Assembly: GCA_964532425.1 (NCBI GenBank)
Contig: CAZHIA010000001.1
Location: forward strand, 44,889-108,888
DNA from: an uncultured Candidatus Saccharibacteria bacterium
GTDB taxonomy: Bacteria > Patescibacteriota > Doudnabacteria > UBA920
DNA length: 64,000 nt
Direction of reading: 5' to 3'
Part shown: positions 24,562-35,499 of the stretch, piece by piece
Layout: the number at the start of each line of letters is the position of its first letter
How positions within the stretch are numbered: position 1 is the first letter of the stretch
Made by a program: the position numbers and the translations under genes
The notes under the pieces: generated by a model
The model's input: the letters and a program-made list of their open reading frames with translations, nothing else
Databases searched by the model: none
What the model was told of the DNA's origin: nothing

Positions 24562-27507
24562 ATGAGAATAACAGACTGCCACGCTAAATATTTTGCTTAC
24601 GAGTTGACTAAGCGGTGTTCGTCTGATAGTTTAGAAAAATTATCTTCTACTTTATCAAACGCGCAAGTCGATCTAAATCCGCACCAAATTGAAGCGGCTC
24701 TTTTTGCGTTCCGCTCACCATTATCAAGAGGTGCAATTTTAGCCGACGAAGTGGGCTTAGGCAAGACCATTGAAGCCGGTCTGGTGTTGTCCCAAAAATG
24801 GGCGGAGCGTAAACGTAATCTACTGCTAATAGTACCCTCAAGTTTGCGCAAACAGTGGAATGCGGAATTACAGGAGAAGTTTTTTTTGCCCTCGACAATT
24901 TTAGAAACCAAAACATTTAATCAGTATATCAAAGATGGAAACCTAAATCCGTTTATCCAAGAAGACAAAATAATAATTTGTTCTTATCACTTTGCTCGTT
25001 CCAAGGCGCCTTATATTAAACAGACTAAATGGGACCTGGTAGTAATTGATGAAGCTCATAGGCTACGCAATGTCTATAAGACCAGCAATAAAATCGCTAA
25101 AGAGATTAAAACTACACTGGCTGATTTTCCAAAAATCCTCTTAACGGCAACCCCACTACAAAATTCCCTTCTCGAACTTTATGGTCTTGTTAGTATTATC
25201 GATGACCATGTGTTTGGTGATTTGAAAAGCTTTAAAGCCAACTACGCAAGAGTTTCCCGGCAGCAAGATATCTACGAAAGCGAGGTCGGCTTAGTAGAAC
25301 CAAAGCAGGAGATGTTTTCAGACTTGCGGGACCGACTAAAAACTATCTGCATCAGAACGCTTAGGCGGCAGGTACTGGAATATATCAAATATACCAAGCG
25401 TATCCCTTTAACCCAGGACTACGTTCCGACTGAACAGGAAATTGAGTTATATAACGGCATGTCTGCGTATTTACAAAGACCCAGACTTTTTGCCCTACCT
25501 TCCAGCCAGCGCCAACTCATTACTCTTATTTTACGCAAATTACTTGCTTCTTCGTCTTTTGCCATTGCTAGCACACTCAATGGCCTGGTATATAAATTAT
25601 CTAAACTGATTGAAGAAGCCGAGAAGCAGAAGGCTTCAGCTCAAGATGCTGATATTGCTGGAATTGACCAAAACTTTGAAAACTTCGAAGATGTCTCTGA
25701 TGAGTGGATCGATGATGAAGAAGAGGAAGAAACCGGGGCTGATAAGAAGAGTGTTATTTATACCGAAGAAGAGATCGCTTTAATGAAGGAAGAAAAAGCT
25801 GAACTGGAAAAATATCGGGAATTGGCAAAAAAAATCTGGACCAATTCCAAAGGGGATGCTCTGCTGATTGCTCTGCAAAAAGGCTTCGAGATGACCGAAG
25901 ATCTTGGAGCCAAGAAGAAGGCCATCATTTTTACAGAATCGACAATAACCCAAAATTACCTGTTAAACTTGCTTTCTGAAAATGGTTACAAAGATAAAAT
26001 TGTACTCTTTAATGGCTCCAATAATGATGACAAGTCAAAGCAGGTTTATGCCGACTGGATCAAAGCCAATAAGGACACGGATAAAATAACCGGCTCTAAG
26101 ACGGCTGATATCCGCGCTGCGCTGGTAGAGTATTTCCGTGATGATGCGGAGATTATGATAGCAACTGAAGCTGCCGCTGAAGGTGTTAACCTACAATTCT
26201 GCTCCCTGCTTATAAATTATGATTTGCCATGGAATCCTCAAAGGATTGAACAGCGCATTGGTCGCTGTCATCGTTATGGACAAAAGCACGACGTGGTGGT
26301 TATTAACTTCGTAAACCGTAAAAATGCCGCTGATCAGAGAGTTTACGAACTATTGGACCAAAAGTTTAGCCTATTCAAAGGTGTGTTTGGTGCAAGCGAC
26401 GAAGTACTTGGCAGTATTGAATCCGGGGTAGATTTTGAAAAGAGAATCGCTGATATTTACCAGACTTGCCGCACTGAAGAAGAGATTAATACAGCATTCG
26501 ACAACCTGCAGAAGGATATGGATGAAAGCATCCAGGACAGCCTACGGGAAACCAGGCAAAAATTATTAGAAAACTTCGATACCGAAGTACACGAAAAGCT
26601 AAAAGTTAATCTAAAGGAAACTCAGGCCTGTCTTGATACCTTTGAACACTGGCTTTGGGACATTACCAGATATTATCTCAAGGAAAATGCGGATTTCTCC
26701 GAGCATGAGTACTCATTTACCTTAAAAAATAATCCTTTCCCCAAGGAGTCTATTGACGCTGGTCCTTACAGGATTGGTAAGAATATTGAAGATGCTCACA
26801 TATACCGTCCTGGTCACCCGTTGGCACAAAGGATATTAAACCAAGTTAAATTAAAACCTATCGAGGAAGCAGAGGTTATATTTGATTATTCCAACAATCC
26901 AACCATCGTTTCAGTATTGAAACCACTGGTAGGTAAAAGCGGAGTGATGAAAATTTCTAACTATACAGTCGAAGCTTTTGAGGCCGAGGATAATATTATT
27001 GCCTCTGCTATCGATGAATCTGGAGAAGCTATTAACCCCGAGGTTGTGAAAAAACTTTTTTCTTTGTCGGCAGAACATAAGAAGTCAGCATTAGTACCGC
27101 CGGATGTTAAAACTCACCTTGAAAAAATTGAGCAGGAAACGGTTGCTGTAACATCCACTAATATTGCCGAACGCAATAGCACTTTTTTTGACAATGAAGT
27201 CGATAAACTTGAAAAGTGGGCGGACGACGTTAAAAAATCTTTAGAACTGGATCTAAAAAAACTGGATATTGAGATTAAAGCGTCCAAAACAAACGCAAAA
27301 AAAATCGTAAACTTGGAAGATAAGCTAAAAACACAGCGAGAAATTAAAGAAATGGAGAAAAAAAGGAACGAAATGCGAAAAAAGCTTTATGATGCTCAGG
27401 ATGAAGTGGAAGAAAAAAAAGAAGAACTTATAAATAAAGTCGAGGCACAATTGCACCAGAGATCGCATTTAGAACCACTATTTACGATTTACTGGAGAGT
27501 GGTTTAA
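24562..27507 (+). CDS. SNF2-family helicase (SNF2_N plus HELICc) with a C-terminal coiled-coil extension; first gene of the low-GC island operon
   Basis: LADEVGLGKTIEAG (motif I), DEAHRLRN (motif II), and ...GVNLQFCSLLINYDLPWNPQRIEQRIGRCHRYGQKHDVVVINFV (motifs V and VI). The C-terminus has heptad-like KE-rich repeats. Confidence 0.85.
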   Translation: MRITDCHAKYFAYELTKRCSSDSLEKLSSTLSNAQVDLNPHQIEAALFAFRSPLSRGAILADEVGLGKTIEAGLVLSQKWAERKRNLLLIVPSSLRKQWNAELQEKFFLPSTILETKTFNQYIKDGNLNPFIQEDKIIICSYHFARSKAPYIKQTKWDLVVIDEAHRLRNVYKTSNKIAKEIKTTLADFPKILLTATPLQNSLLELYGLVSIIDDHVFGDLKSFKANYARVSRQQDIYESEVGLVEPKQEMFSDLRDRLKTICIRTLRRQVLEYIKYTKRIPLTQDYVPTEQEIELYNGMSAYLQRPRLFALPSSQRQLITLILRKLLASSSFAIASTLNGLVYKLSKLIEEAEKQKASAQDADIAGIDQNFENFEDVSDEWIDDEEEEETGADKKSVIYTEEEIALMKEEKAELEKYRELAKKIWTNSKGDALLIALQKGFEMTEDLGAKKKAIIFTESTITQNYLLNLLSENGYKDKIVLFNGSNNDDKSKQVYADWIKANKDTDKITGSKTADIRAALVEYFRDDAEIMIATEAAAEGVNLQFCSLLINYDLPWNPQRIEQRIGRCHRYGQKHDVVVINFVNRKNAADQRVYELLDQKFSLFKGVFGASDEVLGSIESGVDFEKRIADIYQTCRTEEEINTAFDNLQKDMDESIQDSLRETRQKLLENFDTEVHEKLKVNLKETQACLDTFEHWLWDITRYYLKENADFSEHEYSFTLKNNPFPKESIDAGPYRIGKNIEDAHIYRPGHPLAQRILNQVKLKPIEEAEVIFDYSNNPTIVSVLKPLVGKSGVMKISNYTVEAFEAEDNIIASAIDESGEAINPEVVKKLFSLSAEHKKSALVPPDVKTHLEKIEQETVAVTSTNIAERNSTFFDNEVDKLEKWADDVKKSLELDLKKLDIEIKASKTNAKKIVNLEDKLKTQREIKEMEKKRNEMRKKLYDAQDEVEEKKEELINKVEAQLHQRSHLEPLFTIYWRVV

Positions 27508-27516
27508 GCAAGGTTT

Positions 27517-28176
27517 ATGCACCCCCAATTATATTATCAACACCATTTTTATCCATTATGCTATGGTATTCTACAATCCCATGAGTCTTTTTACTTAACC
27601 TCTGAATTTTGGACCGCCATGGCAGTTGTGGTGGCATTGATTACACCTTGGATTGTAAATTGGCTGAGTAACAAACCTAAGTTGAGTAAAATAAAAGCGA
27701 TAGGAACGAGGGTAGTGGACCAGACAAATTATGATCATGATGAGACTCTAAGAGAAGCATATACTCTCCATGTTGGCAGGCTAGTGTTAAAAAATGAGGG
27801 GGAATACACAGCTAGATCAGTAGAAGCATACTTGGAAAGGATTGTATACGAAGGTGAAGAGAGGAAGGATTTTCTACCCATGCCTCTTTCTTGGACCCAT
27901 GGACAACTTAATAAAGATGGAATTACAGTAAGAGATATCTATCCTAATCAAGCAGTTTATTTGGATGTTTTCAACCATTTTTTTAATCCTTATATTGTTG
28001 GTGATAGGGAAACTAAATTTGCTGTTGGGACTGGCGAGAACTTCGAAAATCTATCTTATGTCAATACTGGAAAATCAGATGTATATATAAAGTTTTATCA
28101 AGAAAGTGGACAGGTTAATACAGTACATTTAATCAGTAATTGGGATAATGGGGTCCCTGAATTATCAATTGTATGA
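27517..28176 (+). CDS. hypothetical protein (219 aa, one N-terminal TM), sitting between the SNF2 gene and the methyltransferase
   Basis: Starts 10 bp after the SNF2 stop. Its stop overlaps the mod start by 4 bp. No recognisable domain. Confidence 0.5.
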   Translation: MHPQLYYQHHFYPLCYGILQSHESFYLTSEFWTAMAVVVALITPWIVNWLSNKPKLSKIKAIGTRVVDQTNYDHDETLREAYTLHVGRLVLKNEGEYTARSVEAYLERIVYEGEERKDFLPMPLSWTHGQLNKDGITVRDIYPNQAVYLDVFNHFFNPYIVGDRETKFAVGTGENFENLSYVNTGKSDVYIKFYQESGQVNTVHLISNWDNGVPELSIV

Positions 28177-29843
28177 ATGACCATAAACAAAAACTGGAAT
28201 TAACATGGATTGGTAAGAATGAAGAGCTTAGGCTCGAACCTCGAATTCTGATTGAGGATCCCGATAAATCTTATGGTGATGTGGAATCGGAGAATCTTCT
28301 CATTCATGGTGACAATCTTCTCGCTCTGAAAGCTCTTCAGCAAGACTTCGCAAGTCGTGTTAAGTGTGTGTATATTGATCCACCCTATAATACAGGTAAG
28401 GCTTTCGACAAATATGATGACGGTATCGAACATTCAATTTGGCTCAATTTAATGCGCCCACGGATTGAGTTGCTTCACAGCCTTTTGGCTACCGATGGGA
28501 TAGTTTGGATCTCTTTAGATGACGTAGAAGTACATTATATGAAAATATTGTGTGACGAAGTATTCGGAAGAAATAATTTTATAGCTTCGTTGCCAACTAT
28601 TATGAATCTCAAAGGTAATAATGATGAATTTGGCTTTGCTGGTACTCATGAATACACTTTGGTTTACGCAAAAGATATATCCACCGCAAAAATTGGAATG
28701 TATGAGATTGATGAAGAAGAGATGGAGGATTGGGAAAAGGATGATATTGGGTTTTTCAAAAGAGGTGCAAATTTAAAAGCGACTGGAACAAACGCTCCCA
28801 GAGAAAAAAGACCAAACTTATATTATCCTTTATATGTTAGCGAAGATAATACCGTATCTATTACAAGACAGTCTGCTTCAGATGTAGAAATATTGCCTAT
28901 TACTGATGGGAAAGAAATGTCTTGGAGATGGAGTAAAGATAAAGTAACCAATGAGCCTTACAATATTATCATAGTTAGGAATGGTGATAATGTCTCTGTT
29001 TATAAAAAACAAAGGCCAGAGATTGGTGAACTGCCAAGTAAAAAACCAAAAACGTTATTTTATAAACCAGAGTATAGTAGTGGTAATGGAACTTCCCAAT
29101 TAAAGAGGTTGTTTGGGGAGGTGGTTTCTGTTTTTCCTTATCCAAAACCAGAAGAATTGATAGCTGATTTTATAAAGTTAACTACTTCTCCAGGAGATAT
29201 TATCCTGGATTCATTTCTTGGTTCTGGTACTACAGCTGCGGTGGCGACAAAGTTAGGAAGAAAATGGATAGGTGTTGAGATGGGGGATCATTCCTATACT
29301 TTGTGTGTACCACGTTTGCGATTAGTAATAGATGGTAAAGATGATGGAGGTATATCAAAAAAAGTAAACTGGAAAGGTGGTGGGGGGTTTAAATTTTATA
29401 ATCTTGCTCCCAGCTTGTTACGGAAGGACGGCTTTGGAAATTTTGTAATTGATGAAAAATATAATGCAAACATGTTGGCTGCAGCTGTGTGCAAGCATGA
29501 AGGTTTTAAATACTTCCCTGACGAAACTTTGTATTGGAAACAGGGTAGATCCACGGAAGCTGACTATATTTTTGTAACCACAGGTTTTGTTACAGTTGAA
29601 CAGCTTGATAAAATCCACGCGGAGATGAAGGAAGGGGAGAGCTTGTTAATTTGCGCCAAAGCTTATGCTTCAGGGTGCGAAAATCATTGTGGAAATATCA
29701 CTGTCAAGAAAATCCCCCAAATGATTTTGGGGAAATGCGAATTTGGGAAAGATAATTATGATCTAAACATTATCAAAGCCACAGAGGCTGAAGCTGAAGA
29801 AGCCGAAATGGCGCAAGTAATCGAAATGTCAGATGAACAATAA
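28173..29843 (+). CDS. mod: DNA methyltransferase (N6-adenine/N4-cytosine family, type III Mod-like)
   Basis: Motif [12 protein letters not shown], and an FxGxG-like AdoMet-binding region [10 protein letters not shown]. Confidence 0.85.
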   Translation: MNDHKQKLELTWIGKNEELRLEPRILIEDPDKSYGDVESENLLIHGDNLLALKALQQDFASRVKCVYIDPPYNTGKAFDKYDDGIEHSIWLNLMRPRIELLHSLLATDGIVWISLDDVEVHYMKILCDEVFGRNNFIASLPTIMNLKGNNDEFGFAGTHEYTLVYAKDISTAKIGMYEIDEEEMEDWEKDDIGFFKRGANLKATGTNAPREKRPNLYYPLYVSEDNTVSITRQSASDVEILPITDGKEMSWRWSKDKVTNEPYNIIIVRNGDNVSVYKKQRPEIGELPSKKPKTLFYKPEYSSGNGTSQLKRLFGEVVSVFPYPKPEELIADFIKLTTSPGDIILDSFLGSGTTAAVATKLGRKWIGVEMGDHSYTLCVPRLRLVIDGKDDGGISKKVNWKGGGGFKFYNLAPSLLRKDGFGNFVIDEKYNANMLAAAVCKHEGFKYFPDETLYWKQGRSTEADYIFVTTGFVTVEQLDKIHAEMKEGESLLICAKAYASGCENHCGNITVKKIPQMILGKCEFGKDNYDLNIIKATEAEAEEAEMAQVIEMSDEQ

Positions 29844-32520
29844 AGCACAAAATATCGAAAACAGGTTAAGCCTAAGAACTCCGCAGTCAGATAGCTTGCA
29901 GATCCTGGAACAACTAGCAGACGTGCTGGGGCTTAAAAAAGATGTTAATGTCGCTGCTGAACTTTCTAAGGTCCAGGCGCTTTATCCAACCTGTTCTGAC
30001 TTTGAGCGGGATTTTCCCTCTGTCTGCTTTTCGCTGGCTACCGGCGTGGGCAAAACCCGTCTAATGGGTGCTTTTATTTCTTATCTCTTTACGGCAAAGG
30101 GAATAAAGAACTTTTTTGTTCTAGCCCCAAATTTAACCATATATGAAAAATTAAAAGCTGAATTAAGCGAGCCTAATCATCCTAAGTACGTATTTAAGGG
30201 GATTAGCGAATTTGCAGTTGATAGACCCGTAGTTATAAGCGGAGACGATTATACCCAAGCCAGCTCAACGCTATTTAGTGATAAGGTCAGTATAAATATT
30301 TTTAATATTTCCAAAATAAATTCGGAAGTCCGGGGAGGAAAAGAGCCTAGAATTAAACGGCTATCTGAATATTTAGGTGAATCGTACTTTAACTATCTCG
30401 CGTCACTACCTGATTTAGTGTTACTGATGGACGAATCCCACCACTACAGGGCAGACGCCGGCTTACGGGCTATTAACGAGCTTAAGCCGATATTAGGTTT
30501 GGAGCTTACGGCTACGCCTATAGATGCCAATGGCAATAAATTTAAAAATGTAGTATTTGATTACCCTCTAGCCCTGGCTTTAAAAGACGGCTTCGTAAAA
30601 GAACCCGCAGTAGCCACGAGGAGGAATTTCAACCCTATTCAATACAGAAATGATCCAAAGGAGTTGGATTTGATTAAACTGGAAGATGGGATAAGGATTC
30701 ATGAGGATACCAAAGTTGCTCTTGATATATATTCCCGAGACTCAGGCCGTAAACTAGTAAAGCCATTCGTGTTAGTCGTGACTCAAAATACAGACCATGC
30801 CAAAGAAATACATGAACTTATAGAGTCAGACAAATTCTTTGAGGGACGATACAAGGGAAAGGTTATCGAAGTTCACTCCAGGCAAACAGGAGAAGAAAAG
30901 GAAGAGAATATCGAAAAACTTCTTGCCTTGGAAAAACCTGAAAATACAATCGAAATTGTCATTCACGTGAACATGCTCAAAGAAGGTTGGGATATTGCCA
31001 ACTTATACACCATCATTCCTTTGCGTGCTGCAAATTCGGTGATCTTAACTGAACAAACCATTGGTCGTGGGTTACGGTTGCCTTACGGCGAGCGTACTGG
31101 CGATGCAAAAGTAGATAAATTGACCATAATAGCGCACGATAAATTCCAAACTATTGTTGACGCAGCTAATGACCCCAACTCTATAATTCGGCTGGAGAAT
31201 ATTATCGAGATTGATCCGGAAATCCTATCTGGTACCCAAGAAGTGATAGTGTCCACTTCAAGTTTGGATTTTGCTTTAGAACAACAGCGAACGGAAATTG
31301 CCACGATAACGAACGCTGAAGAAAAAGAGAAAGCGGAATTAGGGCTTGAGACACAAAAAATTATTTCTGAAACCATTGCCCATATTGGCAGCGGTATCAA
31401 AAATATAAATGATCTAAAAACCGACGAAGTCCAAAAGATAGTCTATCAAAAAATGGCCGAAAGGATTGACTTAAATCCGCAAAAACTTTTGCCAAACTTC
31501 AAAGCCCAAATTATGGAACGGGCTAAGGAAGCTTATACTACGGTTGTCGATAAATTACTAGAAAAGACCATACCCATTCCTCGAATATTAATTCAGCGAA
31601 AAGATGAAATCAAAAGCGGGTTTCATGATTTTGACTTAGATATAAGCAGTCTCAACTACCAGCCTGTAACGGACGAGATAATCAGGCGCACTTTAAGAAC
31701 CAACACTAGCGAGATTTTACACACCGAAGGAACGGGTATAATTAAAGATCTACCAGAAAACATTTTGGTAAACGAGCTAATTAATTATCCTGAAGTGGAT
31801 TACGACCGGGAAGCAGCTCTCCTCTACAAGCTTGCTAAACAGGCCATAGCTAAACTGGGTGTAAACCGCTGCAAGGAAGATTTAGAAAATATTGTCTGGT
31901 ACTACAAACGAGAGATCGGAAAGTATATATATGCCCAACTGCAGCAACACTTCTATCTAGAAGAGAGCGGTTTTGAAGAACCAGTGGTATATCCCTATAC
32001 GAAGATTGAGCCACATAATTATTCGAAGTTCACTGCAGACAGCATTTTCAATTACAGCGAAACCATCAACCCAACGAGCGCAATACCAACCAAAATTTTT
32101 GGTGGGTTTAAGAAAGCCTGTCATAACTTATACAAATTTGACTCTAAAACAGAAAAGGATTTCGCGTCAATTTTAGAGAGTGACAGGAATGTATTAAAGT
32201 GGTTGCGTCAATCACCTAGTCAATTTAGGATATACTGGGCCAAAAATTCCAAACAGTATTATCCCGATTTTGTAGTAGAGACATCGGATTCGATTTACTT
32301 AGTCGAAACGAAAGCACAGGATCAAGTAGGCTCGCCGGATGTATTAGACAAAAAAGAATCAGCACTCAGATACTGTAAGTTTGCCAGTGATTATAATGCT
32401 AAAAATGGTGGGAAGCCGTGGAAATATGTTTTGATCCCTCATACAGAAGTTTCCTCGAATATGAGCTTTGACTACTTTGTTGATAGATTCCAACAAGAAC
32501 TAAATGTGATCCCTGCATAG
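29833..32520 (+). CDS. res: type III restriction enzyme Res-like subunit (superfamily 2 helicase plus C-terminal PD-(D/E)xK nuclease)
   Basis: [11 protein letters not shown] (motif I), LLMDESHHY (motif II), TATP (motif III), and a C-terminal YYPDFVVE...LVETK nuclease motif. Overlaps the mod stop. Confidence 0.8.
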   Translation: MNNKAQNIENRLSLRTPQSDSLQILEQLADVLGLKKDVNVAAELSKVQALYPTCSDFERDFPSVCFSLATGVGKTRLMGAFISYLFTAKGIKNFFVLAPNLTIYEKLKAELSEPNHPKYVFKGISEFAVDRPVVISGDDYTQASSTLFSDKVSINIFNISKINSEVRGGKEPRIKRLSEYLGESYFNYLASLPDLVLLMDESHHYRADAGLRAINELKPILGLELTATPIDANGNKFKNVVFDYPLALALKDGFVKEPAVATRRNFNPIQYRNDPKELDLIKLEDGIRIHEDTKVALDIYSRDSGRKLVKPFVLVVTQNTDHAKEIHELIESDKFFEGRYKGKVIEVHSRQTGEEKEENIEKLLALEKPENTIEIVIHVNMLKEGWDIANLYTIIPLRAANSVILTEQTIGRGLRLPYGERTGDAKVDKLTIIAHDKFQTIVDAANDPNSIIRLENIIEIDPEILSGTQEVIVSTSSLDFALEQQRTEIATITNAEEKEKAELGLETQKIISETIAHIGSGIKNINDLKTDEVQKIVYQKMAERIDLNPQKLLPNFKAQIMERAKEAYTTVVDKLLEKTIPIPRILIQRKDEIKSGFHDFDLDISSLNYQPVTDEIIRRTLRTNTSEILHTEGTGIIKDLPENILVNELINYPEVDYDREAALLYKLAKQAIAKLGVNRCKEDLENIVWYYKREIGKYIYAQLQQHFYLEESGFEEPVVYPYTKIEPHNYSKFTADSIFNYSETINPTSAIPTKIFGGFKKACHNLYKFDSKTEKDFASILESDRNVLKWLRQSPSQFRIYWAKNSKQYYPDFVVETSDSIYLVETKAQDQVGSPDVLDKKESALRYCKFASDYNAKNGGKPWKYVLIPHTEVSSNMSFDYFVDRFQQELNVIPA

Positions 32521-32785
32521 AATAGATAACATACCAGGTACCTTTTTTATAATAATGTAAGGTTATGGCTAATTTCAATTTAACAGTAGGAGTGTTAAAG
32601 GAGGTGAAGGGCGTTGTTTAGATTTATCGAGAGAACAGCCGTACAATATTTTGTTGGGAACTACTAGAAGAGGGAAAGGGGTATTGTATAATCATTTATA
32701 TAGTCAGTTGGCCAGGCAAAACTCGCCGGAGGAGGTGGGTTTGTTTTTATAGAGGGTATAAAACTCAAAGTTATTTACCATCTGC

Positions 32786-32875
32786 CCTAATCCTACTGGA
32801 CCATTCGCTCGAAAGGTCCAGTGCCCTCGAGTGCTTATTCCCGCCAGAGGCGGGCAGGCGCACGAATAAGCACTC
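32786..32875. repeat. composite hairpin repeat (H: GGACCATTCGCTCGAAAGGTCC; G: GAGTGCTTATTCG..CGAATAAGCACTC). A direct-orientation copy lies at 35388-35457.
   Basis: The H+G composite is present twice in direct orientation, bracketing genes 33110-35221. Further G copies lie at 36231-36264 and 36562-36591. Confidence 0.8.
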
Positions 32876-32889
32876 CCAATAAGTAATGC

Positions 32890-32917
32890 AAAACTGCCAT
32901 TGACAGGCAGTTTTTTG
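32890..32917 (+). terminator. rho-independent terminator
   Basis: AAACTGCC-attgac-GGCAGTTT followed by TTTTGG. Confidence 0.65.
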
Positions 32918-33109
32918 GTGATTTATACTAATATGAAATCCTTAAGGAGGATCAGAGTCAGCTTATAGGTTTGGAGGCGGTTGCCACGATTGTTCGGCAA
33001 TTGATGCTTTCATGCTATTTGACTCTGGTTTAATCCTTCGGGATTGAATCTATACTTGCTTGCCCTGGTTAACACCGGGGTGTAGTAAGCGAAAGGAGAA
33101 ACAAATAAC

Positions 33110-33463
33110 ATGAATGCATCTACCCGAGTAATCCAGGGTGATGTGATCAATATGTATGTCTCGAATGAGCATACGTACGTCCAGATACGAAACAACGGAT
33201 TCGTGAAGACAGTGGTCATCACGGCTGTTGAATCGGTCGATCCGCGCCAAGAACCGCTGGAACTGTTTTGGCCTAAGGGGATGATTCGTGAATTGCACTA
33301 TCTCCAAAAGGCCGGGTACTTTACCTGGGGCGATGTGAGCAAGCAGTATCAGTCAGTGGTCGAAACCACTAAACACATTGGACCCGAGACCTGGAAAATT
33401 CTCCGACAGGGGTTGGAAAACCGGGGACTGAAGTACTTTAGCGATCAAATGAGCATGTTCTGA
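33110..33463 (+). CDS. hypothetical protein (117 aa)
   Basis: GAAAGGAGA RBS; terminator hairpin at 33479-33507 directly downstream. Confidence 0.55.
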   Translation: MNASTRVIQGDVINMYVSNEHTYVQIRNNGFVKTVVITAVESVDPRQEPLELFWPKGMIRELHYLQKAGYFTWGDVSKQYQSVVETTKHIGPETWKILRQGLENRGLKYFSDQMSMF

Positions 33464-33632
33464 CTCTGACATCATCTTGGTGCGCTGGCTCCCAGCGCAC
33501 CTTTTTTAGTTGGCTTACTTGTGCCATTCATGGTTATTTTATGGTATTATAGAGGCGTAATATAGCTTTATGAGTGAGCAATTTGCCCAATTTCTATACT
33601 GACTTTTAAATTAACGATTAAAACACTCTTAT

Positions 33633-34466
33633 ATGTCGAGCCAAGGTATCAAGATTTTTTTACCTGAAGGTGACCCGAACAGTTTACAAGTCATCACTGT
33701 TGAAAATTGGGCAGGCAAAGCCTTTGTTATTCCAAGAGCCAAATTAAAGGAAATGAACACCAGGGAAGAAAAAGACTGGCCGGGGGTGTATTTTCTTATA
33801 GGTGAGTTTACTGATTCGATATTACCAGAGGTATACATAGGCGAGTCGGAGCATTTTTGTGATCGTTTATATACTCATGATAGTGAAAAGCAGTTTTGGA
33901 ATCGCGCTGTTGTGTTTACTGGCTCTATTGATAAAGCTGATGTAAAGTTTCTAGAAGATAAAGCTATCAAAGTTGCTAAAAAGATAAACCGTTTTCATAT
34001 TCATAATGACCAGGGAACAACCCCAAATAAACTTTCTGAATTTAAGCAAGCAGCTATTGAGAATTATTTTGAATATATAAAGCTGGTTATGGCAGTACTT
34101 GGGTATACTCTTTTTCAGGAGGTGCCGAGTAATATTCGTCCCGAAGAAATGTATTTCTGCAAAGTTGATGAAGCGGTGGGTAAGGGAAAGTTGTTGGACT
34201 CTGGTGAGTTTATTGTATTCAAGGGTTCTACAGCTCGGGTCAAAGAAACACCTAATTATCAAGCACATAATTCTGGGATTCGGTCTCGATTGTTAGCTGA
34301 AGGTGTATTGTCTCAGATTGGGGATGGTCTGTATTATTTCCAGTCAGATTATATCTTTACCAGTCCGAGTGCAGCAGCAGACACTATAGCCGGTAGGTCA
34401 ATGAATGGTTGGAAGGAGTGGAAAGATTCTCAAGGGAAAACATTAGATGATAATAAGAGGCAATGA
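33633..34466 (+). CDS. GIY-YIG nuclease-domain protein with a C-terminal extension
   Basis: PGVYFLIGEF..(10)..VYIGESE...R...H...E...N matches the GIY-YIG core. Confidence 0.6.
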   Translation: MSSQGIKIFLPEGDPNSLQVITVENWAGKAFVIPRAKLKEMNTREEKDWPGVYFLIGEFTDSILPEVYIGESEHFCDRLYTHDSEKQFWNRAVVFTGSIDKADVKFLEDKAIKVAKKINRFHIHNDQGTTPNKLSEFKQAAIENYFEYIKLVMAVLGYTLFQEVPSNIRPEEMYFCKVDEAVGKGKLLDSGEFIVFKGSTARVKETPNYQAHNSGIRSRLLAEGVLSQIGDGLYYFQSDYIFTSPSAAADTIAGRSMNGWKEWKDSQGKTLDDNKRQ

Positions 34467-35221
34467 TCACTCTGGCAGAAATATTCTCTAACTTGATTAC
34501 TCCCGCAATCCTGCTGGCGGTTTTAGGGTATCTTATTAGATTATTCGGACGAATTATTACCGATGCTGAAGCGTTCGTTGATGACTACAAATGGCATGTT
34601 GAACTTTCCGGTTTAATGTTTGCTATAAATTATATAGCTTTCCCTGGGTTAGTTGCTGTTCTGTTATTATATTTTAATCCGATAAAGTTAATATTTAGTT
34701 TTTGGGTGGGATTGGTCATGCTTACGCTAGTGACCGGAATGTTATATGTAAACGGTTCAATGTCAGGAAAAACATTTTATAAGTTGCCAGAATTGAAGTC
34801 AGGAGCAGAAAGTAAAAATAATGATGATAGTTTTCAGCTATTTTTCGAAAAATTTTTGAGCTGGTTAAATAAACCATTTTCGAACTATGGACTATTTTTG
34901 ATCTCAATAGTTTTAATGTTGATTTTGTGTGCTCAGGCAGGATCTACTTCTACCATAAAGTTAGCTATTTTGATCCTCTACAATTTTATTGCCTATATTT
35001 TCATTTGCGTTTTGTACTCCTTGAATAAATCTAAACAATTGAGTCAAGCGAATATATATTTTATTTCCGGTGTAGAGCCTGTACGAGATTGTTTACTTTT
35101 AAAGATCAATAATGATAATTTGAGGGTTAGGGTTGGGGATCAGTTATTCATAATCAACAAGAATCAAGTATTAAAAGTGGAAATTTATAAGAAAATATCT
35201 ACGAAGGCCAAAAAGAACTAA
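34463..35221 (+). CDS. hypothetical multi-pass membrane protein, translationally coupled to the GIY-YIG gene
   Basis: ATGA overlap with the upstream gene. Five or six hydrophobic helices. AT-rich. Confidence 0.55.
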   Translation: MITLAEIFSNLITPAILLAVLGYLIRLFGRIITDAEAFVDDYKWHVELSGLMFAINYIAFPGLVAVLLLYFNPIKLIFSFWVGLVMLTLVTGMLYVNGSMSGKTFYKLPELKSGAESKNNDDSFQLFFEKFLSWLNKPFSNYGLFLISIVLMLILCAQAGSTSTIKLAILILYNFIAYIFICVLYSLNKSKQLSQANIYFISGVEPVRDCLLLKINNDNLRVRVGDQLFIINKNQVLKVEIYKKISTKAKKN

Positions 35222-35499
35222 AACAAATAATTGATATATATGCCGATCAACAAAGAATGGCACCTGAAGAACAGGATGCCGAAGAATGCGACACGGGAGC
35301 AACGTATAGCCTGGCATGAGGGGCATGCCAAGCATTGCTCGTGCCGGGATTCCAAGGCTCATCTTAAGAAACTAAAATCTTCCTAATCCGACCATGGGAC
35401 CATTCGCTCGAAAGGTCCGCTACCCTCAAATGCTTATTCGCACGAATAAGCACTCGGGGGTTTGCAGCAAAAGCAAAAAAACATTATTGGGGTGAATGT

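Noticed and set aside
24562-32520. Calling the island a DISARM class 1 system
   Set aside because: SNF2 plus adenine methyltransferase fits DrmD plus DrmMI, but no DUF1998 (DrmB) or PLD (DrmC) gene is present. The last gene has a Res-like PD-(D/E)xK nuclease. I describe it as type III-like with an SNF2 partner instead.
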